Assembly: GCA_019058365.1 (NCBI GenBank)
Contig: JAHPZE010000027.1
Location: forward strand, 1 to 61,999
DNA: 61,999 nt
Direction: 5' to 3'
From: Promethearchaeota archaeon
Lineage (GTDB): Archaea > Asgardarchaeota > Lokiarchaeia > Sigyniarchaeales > SOKP01
Within the stretch, counting starts at the first letter, position 1, and each line of letters starts with the position of its first letter. The notes beneath the pieces are model-generated. The model was given only the letters and a program-made list of their open reading frames with translations, did not search any database and was not told where the DNA came from. Position numbers and translations under genes: made by a program. Shown one piece after another: positions 1 to 10,047 of this stretch.

Positions 1-63
1 ATAGAAAAATAACAAAAAAGAATTAAAAAAATTAAGAGCAAAATTTACTCAATTTTTTAAAAT

Positions 64-1572
64 TTATTTATAAGTTACTTTGTTTAATTTATTCCTTGAT
101 ATTATTACAACGATTATTCCAACCATTAAAGTTACAACTAAAATTTCAATATAATATCCTGGGATAGCGGGTTTTTCTTCAATTATATCAAAATATGCTG
201 TAAATACCGGATCGTGAACGAGTGTACCTCCCCCACTCTCACCATATTTAGGATAACATGTAATAAAGAAAGCAGCGGTTTCATTAGGATGAAATGCCTC
301 CCAGGCGTCATCAAATGGAATTCCATATGTGAATTGATTTGTTTGATTAACAGCATAACTTATAACTAATCTAGCGAAGTCTCCCATTAATGGAAGCATT
401 CCTGAGACAAATTCAATAAACTCTGAATCATCATTAACATCCAAACATTCATAAAGAACTGGATAAGTATTAGGAGTCGTTCCATTAATATCTGTAAGTT
501 CATATGTGGGTTTTTGACTAAATCCAAAATCAAAAGCATGAGACCCTCCTAAAGTTGTCTCAACTGTGGTTAAACCTGTTTTATGAACAGTAGCATTAAT
601 CTCTCCTACTTCATGATCAATCATTGCCCAATCTTGATCGGCCATGATAAAGCTCCAAGTACCAAGCGCCATTGCCCATGTTTCTGGCATATATCCTGGA
701 TCTCCAACATGGACCTCTACCCAAGAACTTATATTTGAAGATCTCGACATTAATACTCCAAACTCTCCTATTTCATAGTCTTGATGCAAAGAAGCCTCTC
801 CAGCAGCTGTATCAATGTCTAAAGTATATGTATATGAGATATAAGTCTGATTGCCAATGACAGATGAACCACTGACATAAGTCCCAGGATCATCATAGTC
901 AAAACCCCAATCAAAAACACGTTTACCTCCGATCTCATCTGTATGGGGAACATAAAAAATGATATCATTATAAGTATAACTCCAAGTATAGGTAACAACG
1001 GAGCCACTTTCCGATCTTTCTAAATTAGTTGCCTCGGTCTGTGGGTTTGAATATATACCCACTACTTCTCGCATTTCTTTATTAGCTACACCCATATAAA
1101 AAAATGGATTTATAGACTCACCATCTGTATAATTATCATCAGGCACAATAGTATCATCAAATCCAAACCATGCACAATGCATTGATGCAATAAAGATTTC
1201 TGAACCATTCAAGTAGGCATGTTGCCACCAAAATTGTGCTGGTGTGGTATATGTTGAATGTTCTCCCATTTCAAAATGAGTTTTGTTAATGAATGCTAGC
1301 ATACCCATTTCAAAATTACCTTCTTTAATCCATTTGATATTCCAAGTATTATTTAGCCATGAAGTCATGTTATTAACTTCTGGGTGATCCCATCGTGAAT
1401 TATTAAATACATTAGTATCCCAATAACCTTCTTCAAATGTATTACCCGGACCAAACGCTTCTTCAGGAGTTGGAGGGCCGTTATCTGCTTTAGTATTGAA
1501 TGTGAAGAATCCAAATACAAGAATAATTCCAAAAATTAATGTAAATATTCTACTTTTATGGAAATTTTTCAA
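64..1572 (-). CDS. Secreted/surface protein with N-terminal signal peptide and C-terminal IPGY-TM-basic sorting tail (Loki-CTERM-like)
   Basis: 502 aa ORF; hydrophobic N-terminus; many N-x-S/T sequons; ends AIPGYY + TM helix + RNKLNK. Confidence 0.75.
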   Translation of the reverse strand: MKNFHKSRIFTLIFGIILVFGFFTFNTKADNGPPTPEEAFGPGNTFEEGYWDTNVFNNSRWDHPEVNNMTSWLNNTWNIKWIKEGNFEMGMLAFINKTHFEMGEHSTYTTPAQFWWQHAYLNGSEIFIASMHCAWFGFDDTIVPDDNYTDGESINPFFYMGVANKEMREVVGIYSNPQTEATNLERSESGSVVTYTWSYTYNDIIFYVPHTDEIGGKRVFDWGFDYDDPGTYVSGSSVIGNQTYISYTYTLDIDTAAGEASLHQDYEIGEFGVLMSRSSNISSWVEVHVGDPGYMPETWAMALGTWSFIMADQDWAMIDHEVGEINATVHKTGLTTVETTLGGSHAFDFGFSQKPTYELTDINGTTPNTYPVLYECLDVNDDSEFIEFVSGMLPLMGDFARLVISYAVNQTNQFTYGIPFDDAWEAFHPNETAAFFITCYPKYGESGGGTLVHDPVFTAYFDIIEEKPAIPGYYIEILVVTLMVGIIVVIISRNKLNKVTYK

Positions 1573-1847
1573 TTTTACCCCTCTATTATTTTAAGGTTAA
1601 GTATATTTAAAAGATTAAAAGTAAATTTATTTATTTAAATCTATTCGAAAATTTAAAAAGCCCAAAACAGTAAAATTTTTAATATTTGGTATCTTTATTT
1701 ACTTACAGTGGAAGACTCGTATTCTTATTTTTTAAGATTAATATTATATAATTGTTATAGAGGATGTTTTCTCCTATGATTTATGCATTTTTATCATTTT
1801 TTAAAATTATTTTTAAGGTATTTTGATTATATGGAGGTATTTAGGTT

Positions 1848-4805
1848 ATGAGTTATACATTTTCAAGGACTAAAATGATTGAAAAAATAAAATTTGGACT
1901 TTTGAGCCCAAATGAGATTCGGAAAATGAGTGCAGCAAGAATAATTACTGCTGACACTTATGACGAGGATGGACTTCCGATACCAAGTGGTCTTATGGAC
2001 CAAAGATTAGGAACTATCGAACCTGGACAACGATGTCAGACTTGTGGTAATCTCGTGAGCAATTGTATGGGGCATTTCGGACATTGTAAGAAGCATTTAG
2101 AGTCTTACGTCTAAATTGAACTGGCCCGTCCGGTAATTCACGTCGGTTACGCAAAAAAAGTCTTAAAAGTATTAAGAAGTATTTGTCCAGAATGTAGCAA
2201 GTTAATGCTCACTGAAGATGAAAAAGAGAAATTCAGACAAGAGCAATTAACACATAGAAAGATCTTTTTTGAGGGCGATGAGGATGCTGCTAAAATTGTT
2301 TTTAAAAGAGCAAGGAAGGCAAAAGTTTGCCCTCATTGTGGAGCTATTAAAAAAAAAATTATTATTGAAAAACCAACTACCTTTTATGAAGAAGAAGAAG
2401 GCAAAGGCTCACGGAGAATAACGCCTATTGAGATTTTAGAACGTCTAAAGAAAATTGGTGATGTGGATCTAAGGATCCTTGGTATTTCTCCTGAAAATGC
2501 AAGACTTGAATGGGTAGTATTTACAGTATTACCAATCCCTCCTGTATGTGCAAGGCCATCAATTACTCTAGATAGTGGTATTCGATCTGAAGATGATTTA
2601 ACACATAAGCTGGTTGATGTCATCCGAATTAACCAAAGATTGCGAGAGAATATTGATGCAGGAGCGCCTCATTTAATAGTTGAAGATCTATGGGAATTAT
2701 TACAATACCATATTACAACTTATTTTGATAATCAAGTTTCTGGTATACCTCCTGCTAGGCATCGTTCTGGTAGAGCACTTAGAACATTAACTCAGAGGTT
2801 AAAGGGTAAGGAGGGTAGATTTAGAAGTAATCTAAGTGGTAAAAGAGTTGATTTTTCTGCCCGCAGTGTTATATCACCTAATCCATATATTAGCATTAAT
2901 GATGTAGGTGTTCCAATAGAAATTGCAAAAATTTTGACAATCCCTACGAATGTTAATGATTGGAATATTGAAGAGATGAAACAAATGGTCCTAAATGGAC
3001 CTTTTAGACATCCGGGTGCGAATTACATCATACGTAATGATCGAAGAAGGATTGACTTACGATACGTAAAAAACCGAAAAATTATCGCTGATATGCTCGC
3101 ACCGGGTTTTACAATTGAACGACATTTAAATGATGGAGATTTAGTATTGTTCAATCGACAACCTTCGCTTCATAGAATGAGTATAATGGCTCATGAAGTA
3201 AAAATAATGACAGGAAGAACTTTTCGCCTAAATTTAACTGTATGCCCACCTTATAATGCGGACTTCGATGGAGATGAAATGAATTTACATGTACCCCAAA
3301 GTGAAGAAGCACGCACGGAAGCAGAATTACTTCTTAAAGTTCAAAACCATATACTTTCTCCAAGATTTGGTGGACCAATATTAGGCGGAATTCAAGATTT
3401 TATATCAAGTGTCTTTCAATTTACCAGTAAAGAATCTTTATACGATAAGAAGGACACATTAAAATTATTATATTTTGGAGATGTATATAAAAATAATCCT
3501 GATTTTAGTTTAGATCAACTTACTCCTATAATTACTGATCCAGAGCCAAAATACTCGGGAAAAGAAATTTTTAGTACATTATTTCCAGATGATCTAAATA
3601 TTAAAGTAAAATCTAAATTTTGTAAAAAATGCGAAATCTGTGAAGAGGAAAATTGTCCTTATGATGCGTATGTCGTGATTAAAAATGGTAAATTAATAAC
3701 TGGAACTGTTGATGAGAATTCTTTTGGAGCTATGCAATCAAATAGTATCTTGCAGCGCATAATTAAAGATCATGGTAATGCACTTGGAAGGCAATTTTTA
3801 GATAGTGCTACCAAAATGCTCTTATACGTTATTCGACAGAATGGAATGACAATGGGATTGGATGAAGTGTATGTGCATGGACATGCATATGAAGAAATCG
3901 AAAAAATATTAAAAGATGCAAACATCGAGTCTGAGAAATTAATTAATGCTTTCTATGAAAATGATACAACAATTCTTAGAAGAGCACCCGGACGTTCAAT
4001 GAGAGAAACATTGGAATTAAGAATCAGACAAGTATTAGCAGAAGCTAGAAAACAAGCAGAAGAAACTGCTGCAAATTTCATTGGAGATGAAGCTCATTCT
4101 GTTATTATGACTAAATCTGGAGCTCGGGGTAATATATTAAATTTAGGACAAATGTCTGCGGTTGTTGGGCAACAAGCAATTAGAGGAGAAAGGATAAATC
4201 GAGGATATAGTATGAGAACATTGCCTCATTTTAAAATTAATGATCTTTCACCTAAATCCAGAGGATTTGTATCCTCTTCTTATAGAAATGGATTAAAACC
4301 AGTGGAATTTTTCTTCCACGCAATGGGAGGAAGAGAGGGATTAGTAGACACAGCAGTTAGAACTTCTACCTCGGGATATATGCAACGTAGGTTAGTAAAT
4401 GCATTACAAGATATGGTTGTTGAAAATGATGGCACCGTCAGAAATTCGGATAAAAATATTATCCAATTCCGCTTTGGTGATGATGGTATAGATCCTATGC
4501 ATACAGATCATGGTGCTGCTGTAAATTTAGATGTTTTATTATTAAAAGCCAAAGCCTTGGATTCTAAAGAAGTACGTGAAGAAATTAAAAAAAACTTACC
4601 AAAAAAATTATCCGTATCGAAGGAAAAAGGAGTATCTAAAAAAAAACCTACTAAAACACCTACAAATAAACCGCAACCAAAGAAAAAACCAGATGATAAT
4701 GACTCAATGATACAACAATTCGAAGAAGAGACTGGTAAAAAAGCAATTTGGCGAGGGAAAGAAACCAAAGCTTATTTAGATTGGAAAGAAGAAAAATTAG
4801 GATAA
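1848..4805 (+). CDS. rpo1N: DNA-directed RNA polymerase subunit Rpo1N (A'), two exons 1848-2084 and 2115-4805 (975 aa after removing the 30-nt insert)
   Basis: FGLLSP, CQTCG..CMGHFGH|[21 protein letters not shown] catalytic motif, [13 protein letters not shown]; ORFs 1848-2114 and 2205-4805 are in the same frame. Confidence 0.97.
2085..2114 (+). other. Putative 30-nt BHB-type (archaeal tRNA-splicing-type) intron in rpo1N mRNA
   Basis: TGTAAGAAGCATTTAGAGTCTTACGTCTAA; central helix GGAC(2079-82)/GTCT(2109-12); bulges ATT(2083-85) and AAA(2113-15); intron stem GTAAGA/TCTTAC; removal gives GGA CAT|ATT GAA (G-H-I-E). Confidence 0.88.
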
Positions 4806-4836
4806 AAAAATTGTTGTATAAAGAAGGGAATTAATA

Positions 4837-6033
4837 ATGGCAAAAATAGATTCAGAATATTTAGAAGAAAAGTTAAAAGAACTAGAAGGGGATGGTATTC
4901 CCGAAGATTTAATAAATAAAATTAGAAAAAAACTTAACGAAGAGGAATTAGAAAAGGAACAACTTGAATATTTATTAAATAAAATTTATATTAATTTTAC
5001 TAATGCTCTTGTAGAAACTTCAGAACCAGTAGGTACCGTAGCAGCTCAGTCTATTGGTGAACCTGGAACCCAAATGACATTGAGAACATTCCATTATGCA
5101 GGAGTAGAGGAATTCTCTGTAACCCAAGGATTACCCAGGCTCATTGAAATAGTTGATGCTAGACGTTTCCCTAGTACCCCACAAATGACCATCTATCTTG
5201 AAAAACCCTATAATGAAAGCGAGGATAAAGCAATTAATGTTCATAATCGTATTGAACAAATACGTATAGAACAAATAACTCATGATGTCGATCTAGATTT
5301 TGTGAATTGGAATATTGTTATTAATTTAATACCAGAAATTTGTGAGAAAAAAGGAATTGAAATAAACGATATTCCTGAAATTTTAAAGCGTTATAAAAAG
5401 AAAGGAACAATAAAACGTGAAGGAACTTCTATAATTATAGATCCGGGAATAGAAGATTTACAGAGTTTACAAAAATTAAGAGAAAAGATACTTAAAAAGG
5501 TTGTAAAAGGGATTAGAGGAGTTAAGAGAGGACTATTGACTCTTTCAGATGATGGTAAAGAATGGATAATTAAAACTGAAGGTACTAACATGCAAAGTGT
5601 AATACAAATTGAAGGAGTAGATGTAACCAGAACAGTTTCAAACCATATTCACGAAGTAGAAAAATTATATGGCGTAGAAGCAGCACGTCAAATGATAATA
5701 TTGGAAGCTCAAAAAGTCTTGGAACAACAAGGATTAGATGTAGATTTAAGGCATCTCTTGATTTTATCAGATCTAATGTGTTATTCTGGATCAATTCAAT
5801 CTATTGGAAGACATGGAATATCAGGTTCAAAATCGAGTGTATTTGCTCGTGCAGCATTTGAAGTCACAGTCAATCAATTACTCGATGCTGGGCTTTACGG
5901 AGAGGAAGAGCGTTTACTTGGAATACCTGAAAATGTAATTGTAGGCCAAATTAGCCCGATAGGCTCAGGGCGTGTAGCTGTAATGTTCGATCTTGACGCT
6001 AATTTAGAAATATTAAAAAAGAAGGAAAAATAA
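4837..6033 (+). CDS. rpo1C: DNA-directed RNA polymerase subunit Rpo1C (A'')
   Basis: [39 protein letters not shown] motifs; follows rpo1N. Confidence 0.97.
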   Translation: MAKIDSEYLEEKLKELEGDGIPEDLINKIRKKLNEEELEKEQLEYLLNKIYINFTNALVETSEPVGTVAAQSIGEPGTQMTLRTFHYAGVEEFSVTQGLPRLIEIVDARRFPSTPQMTIYLEKPYNESEDKAINVHNRIEQIRIEQITHDVDLDFVNWNIVINLIPEICEKKGIEINDIPEILKRYKKKGTIKREGTSIIIDPGIEDLQSLQKLREKILKKVVKGIRGVKRGLLTLSDDGKEWIIKTEGTNMQSVIQIEGVDVTRTVSNHIHEVEKLYGVEAARQMIILEAQKVLEQQGLDVDLRHLLILSDLMCYSGSIQSIGRHGISGSKSSVFARAAFEVTVNQLLDAGLYGEEERLLGIPENVIVGQISPIGSGRVAVMFDLDANLEILKKKEK

Positions 6034-6154
6034 TATCATCAAGTGAAAACTTTTAATTAGGGTATAATAACATAAATATTCCTAAAAAAAAAAATTAAAA
6101 ATTAAAAAAGCATTATTCTTATTACTTATTATATAGATACTTATTGAAATTATC

Positions 6155-6529
6155 ATGGCAAAGGGAAAGAGTAAAACCGTCACTGAAAAAGTCGATCTAA
6201 GTAGGAAAAAAACTAAGGAGTTTGATGTTGATACTAATATCAAAGTTGCTTATAAAACAGGTAAAATAGTCTATGGTAAAAATCAAGTTCTGAAGAACAT
6301 AAAAAGGGCAAATTCTTTTAAAATGCTTATCGTGAGTAATAATTGCCCTGCAGAATTGATTAAACAATTGAATTATTATAATTCTCTTTTAAAAGATCAA
6401 ATCTTTATCTATAAATATAAGGGCTCAAGTTGGGACTTAGGTCTAGCTTGTGCTAAGCCATACATGATTTCTATTATAGGTATAATCGATTTTGGAGATT
6501 CCGCTTTGATCTCTTTAAAAACTAAATGA
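6155..6529 (+). CDS. rpl30e: 50S ribosomal protein L30e
   Basis: KTGKIVYG, NNCP, YKGSSWDLGLACAKPY; conserved position after rpo1C. Confidence 0.93.
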   Translation: MAKGKSKTVTEKVDLSRKKTKEFDVDTNIKVAYKTGKIVYGKNQVLKNIKRANSFKMLIVSNNCPAELIKQLNYYNSLLKDQIFIYKYKGSSWDLGLACAKPYMISIIGIIDFGDSALISLKTK

Positions 6530-6557
6530 TCTTAATAACGCAAAACAAGTTTTTTCT

Positions 6558-7034
6558 ATGTTAAAAAAGAATATTAAAATTGATCGGGAAGCAATGGAGC
6601 TTATTTCGCTATTTAATAACATATCTGGAGCAATTATAAAAGATTGTCTGATTTTTAAATCGCCTGAGAATAGATCCGAAATTATTATTTTTTTAGTAAA
6701 AGAAGAGGATGTAGGAAAAGCTATTGGAAAAGCGGGTGAGCATGTTAAGGATTTAAAATCAAAACTCCAAAAAAAAATAGATGTTATTGCCTTCTCTGAA
6801 AATCTTAACCAATTCATCCAAAACATATTACAAACTACAAAGAATTCTATAATGGTTCAAAATATCGAAATTAAAGAAAGTAGAAATCTAAAAAAGACCG
6901 TTATTATTACTGTAAGACCTCAAGATCGCGGAAAAGCAATTGGCAAAGAAGGCTCAATGATAAGAAAGATAAAAGAACTGGTGCTAAGGTACTTTGAAGT
7001 CGATAATGTAATTATTAATACGAAAAATATCTGA
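6558..7034 (+). CDS. nusA: Archaeal NusA-like KH-domain transcription factor
   Basis: Two KH motifs GKAIGKAG / GKAIGKEG; conserved position after L30e. Confidence 0.93.
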   Translation: MLKKNIKIDREAMELISLFNNISGAIIKDCLIFKSPENRSEIIIFLVKEEDVGKAIGKAGEHVKDLKSKLQKKIDVIAFSENLNQFIQNILQTTKNSIMVQNIEIKESRNLKKTVIITVRPQDRGKAIGKEGSMIRKIKELVLRYFEVDNVIINTKNI

Positions 7035-7100
7035 TTGTTATTACCTAAAAATTATCCTTAATAATTATTATTAATTTAATCACAAAAATTACTATTTATA

Positions 7101-8357
7101 GTGATTCATCTGTCAAAATTAACCCTTTATGATGAACAAGCTGCTAATAATCATGTTAAATCGCTAGATTTTACACGGCACGCAGCAACTGATGGTGAAA
7201 CAAAAACTATAACCTATATCCAAAAAGAACTAGAAAAAGTGAATCTTGATGCTAAAGTTGAGTCTTTTGAGTGGACTACTTCATTATATAAAATAAGGAA
7301 ATTGTTGTTTTTATGGATATTCATTTTCATTTTAAGTAGTGAGATATTATTATTGTATCCAAGTAATACATGGCTAATTCTTCCTCTTGATGGTCTCTTT
7401 TTATTAGGATTACTAGTAGTAGTCAAATATGCTTTTGATCATTCAAAGCTAATATTCATAGGTAAGAAAAGAGAATCAAAAAATGTTATAGCAACCATTC
7501 ATGCGAAAGATTTATATCCGAAAAGACCTGTTATAGTTTTTTCAGCTCATCATGATTCAGTTTCGTCTAATTTTACACACAAAATAACAAAATTATTACT
7601 TCTTTCAGCAGTATTTTTACTCCTCTCATATCTATTAATTAACTTAATCCTCGCAATTTGGTCAACAATAGCATTATTTACAGCAATTCAAATTGAAATT
7701 ATTTATTTATGGATAAGAAATATTTCCCTAATTATCGGGAGCATTCTACTTTTAGAAATATTTGTTACCTTTTTCATGAAAACAACCAATGAATCTATTG
7801 GTTCAGTTGACAATGCGTCAGGAGTTGCAATTCTATTAGAATTAGCGAAGTTAATCCAAAAAAAACCACTTGAAAAGACTGATGTACTTTTTTTATGGTG
7901 TGGAGCGGAGGAAATGGGCCTATGGGGGTCTAAACAATACTGTTCTAAACATTTCGAAGAATTAGATACTGATTATGACTTGAATAAATCATATAACATT
8001 AATATAGACATGGTGGGTACTTACATAGGTTTAATTGATGAAACTGGATTATTTAGAAAAAAAAAAATAAATAATAATCTTAATGATATCTTAAAGGCAT
8101 CAGATATACAACATAAAATCCCCTCTGAGAAATCAAAATTATCATTAGGTTCTGGAAGTGATCATTTAGTTTTTCGTGCATTTACAAAAAAAACAGAGAA
8201 AAACGGTTTCCAAGTAACTTGCTTTTTATCAAAAAAAGACGCAAAATATATACATTCTAACAAGGATATTCCTGAATTGTGCTCTGCTGAAAATCTAAAT
8301 GGATGCATAGATATTTGTTATAATGCTATAAAAAGCCTTGATCTGAGAGTAGAATAG
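7101..8357 (+). CDS. Membrane-embedded M28 family metallopeptidase
   Basis: SAHHDS, GSVDNASG, GAEEMGLWGS, NIDMVG, SDH, YIHS motifs plus TM segments; true start possibly CTG at 7110. Confidence 0.85.
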   Translation: MIHLSKLTLYDEQAANNHVKSLDFTRHAATDGETKTITYIQKELEKVNLDAKVESFEWTTSLYKIRKLLFLWIFIFILSSEILLLYPSNTWLILPLDGLFLLGLLVVVKYAFDHSKLIFIGKKRESKNVIATIHAKDLYPKRPVIVFSAHHDSVSSNFTHKITKLLLLSAVFLLLSYLLINLILAIWSTIALFTAIQIEIIYLWIRNISLIIGSILLLEIFVTFFMKTTNESIGSVDNASGVAILLELAKLIQKKPLEKTDVLFLWCGAEEMGLWGSKQYCSKHFEELDTDYDLNKSYNINIDMVGTYIGLIDETGLFRKKKINNNLNDILKASDIQHKIPSEKSKLSLGSGSDHLVFRAFTKKTEKNGFQVTCFLSKKDAKYIHSNKDIPELCSAENLNGCIDICYNAIKSLDLRVE

Positions 8358-8455
8358 GATATTCAAAAGAAGCATTTTTTCATTATATACATAAATTTTA
8401 AGTTTAAAGAAACATTTTTTCTATTACTAAAGTTCTATTAATTAATAATTATTAG

Positions 8456-8896
8456 GTGTTATCAATAGCTCCCAAAGGGTTATATGCCGCGAGAAAACTT
8501 AAAACTAATCGAAAAAAGTTTAAATGGTCCAAAACAAAATATAAAAGAAGAATACTCAAATTAAAACAAAAAGTTGACCCATTAGAAGGAAGTTGTCAAG
8601 CTCTTGGTATCGTTCTTCAAAAAGTAGGTCGAGAAAGTAAACAACCAAACTCAGCAATAAGAAAGTGCGTACGTATCCAATTGAAAAAGAATGGAAAAGG
8701 TGTGACTGCCTTCCTTCCGGGGGATGGGGCGCTTAACTTCATAGAAGAGCATGATAGAGTAATAGTTGAAGGAATTGGAGGCGCTAAAGGACGATCTATC
8801 GGAGATCTCCCTGGAGTACGTTATAGGGTCGTTAAAGTTAATGGTGTAAGTTTAGAAGCTCTTTTATCAGGAAAGAAAGAAAAGCCGTTGCGGTAA
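8456..8896 (+). CDS. rps12: 30S ribosomal protein S12 (uS12)
   Basis: [29 protein letters not shown]; start may be ATA at 8465. Confidence 0.97.
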   Translation: MLSIAPKGLYAARKLKTNRKKFKWSKTKYKRRILKLKQKVDPLEGSCQALGIVLQKVGRESKQPNSAIRKCVRIQLKKNGKGVTAFLPGDGALNFIEEHDRVIVEGIGGAKGRSIGDLPGVRYRVVKVNGVSLEALLSGKKEKPLR

Positions 8897-8910
8897 AGAG
8901 GTTAAAAGTT

Positions 8911-9528
8911 ATGAGTAAGGTAAAGAGAGAAGTAAAACTATTTAATAATTGGTCTTATTCAGACATACATATAGGGGATAGAACTCTTGAAAACTATATT
9001 AATTTGAAACCAATTATCGTACCTCATTCTGCTGGCAGACATGAGCATAAAAGATTCTGGAAAACCTCAAAAGTCTCAATTATTGAACGTTTTTCCAATA
9101 GATTACTCTCTCCTGGTTTCATCGGCAGTAAGATCAGAGGTCATAAGAGTTCCTATCATTCTGGCAAGAAAGCTAAACTTCTGAAGAGTATAAAAAATGC
9201 TTTTGTTTTAATAGAATTGACCACCGAGCAAAATCCAATCCAAGTTTTAGTAGATGCGGTTTGTAATTCTGCACCTCGTGAAGAAACTACAAAGATTGCG
9301 ATGGGAGGTATTTCATACGCGTCAGCAGTAGATATAGCACCACAACGTCGAGTCGACTTGGCTATTAAGTATCTCGTTCAAGCAATTGGTGCCCGGTCAC
9401 ATGCAAATGAAAAGATGTTTGAAGAAAATGTAGCTCAAGAACTAATACTCGCAGCAAGTAACAATCAAGAATCTAGAGCTGTAAAACGCAAGGATGAAAT
9501 CGAAAGAATTGCGGTCTCAGCAAGATAA
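8911..9528 (+). CDS. rps7: 30S ribosomal protein S7 (uS7)
   Basis: PHSAGRH, NPIQVLV, APREE, VDIAPQRRVD, ERIAVSAR. Confidence 0.97.
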   Translation: MSKVKREVKLFNNWSYSDIHIGDRTLENYINLKPIIVPHSAGRHEHKRFWKTSKVSIIERFSNRLLSPGFIGSKIRGHKSSYHSGKKAKLLKSIKNAFVLIELTTEQNPIQVLVDAVCNSAPREETTKIAMGGISYASAVDIAPQRRVDLAIKYLVQAIGARSHANEKMFEENVAQELILAASNNQESRAVKRKDEIERIAVSAR

Positions 9529-10047
9529 ATATTTTTAAAATTTTTAAAAAATCACTTTTTATCCAAAAATAATCCTTTTATCATTGATTATAACCAAATT
9601 CTCCATTTTATTAGAGTTTAACATTTCTAATTTTTATATAAATTATATTTGAAAGATTTAATACATCAAAAATTTACCATTTCCTTTTAAATAATATTCA
9701 AGAACTATAGGATTATAGTGTCATGACAGTTCTATTTCTGTACAATTTGAAGCTAAACTTAATCTAGTTTAAGGAGGTTATGCAAAATAAGGACTTATAA
9801 AAAATGTGAATGGTTAATTAAAAATGAAAAAATGCAAGAAATGAGTCCAAAACATTATTATAAAGAGAGATTTAAAAAAATTGTACGTGAGATTGAAAGT
9901 AATGCCAAGAAGAAGGATTCTCATTGTCTGGACAATCTATAAAGCGGAATAATGAAATAGAGGGAATTTTGTTCAGCAAGTTAAATTATAATGAATATCA
10001 TAATAAATAACTAGTATGAATATAAAAAAAAATAGAAGTTATTGATA

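Noticed and set aside
2086-2100. GTAAG...TTTAG inside the rpo1N insert resembles a spliceosomal GT-AG intron
   Set aside because: Removing 2086-2100 creates CAT TAG (stop) and does not restore HIEL; only the BHB cut sites restore the protein.
2085-2114. Stop-codon readthrough or naturally split Rpo1N as an explanation of the insert
   Set aside because: TAA is not a Sec/Pyl codon; ten extra residues would sit in an invariant zinc-site motif; a restart at 2205 would drop the conserved [13 protein letters not shown] segment.
9832-9942. 36-aa ORF MQEMSPKHYYKERFKK.. downstream of rps7
   Set aside because: Too short and has no recognisable motif.
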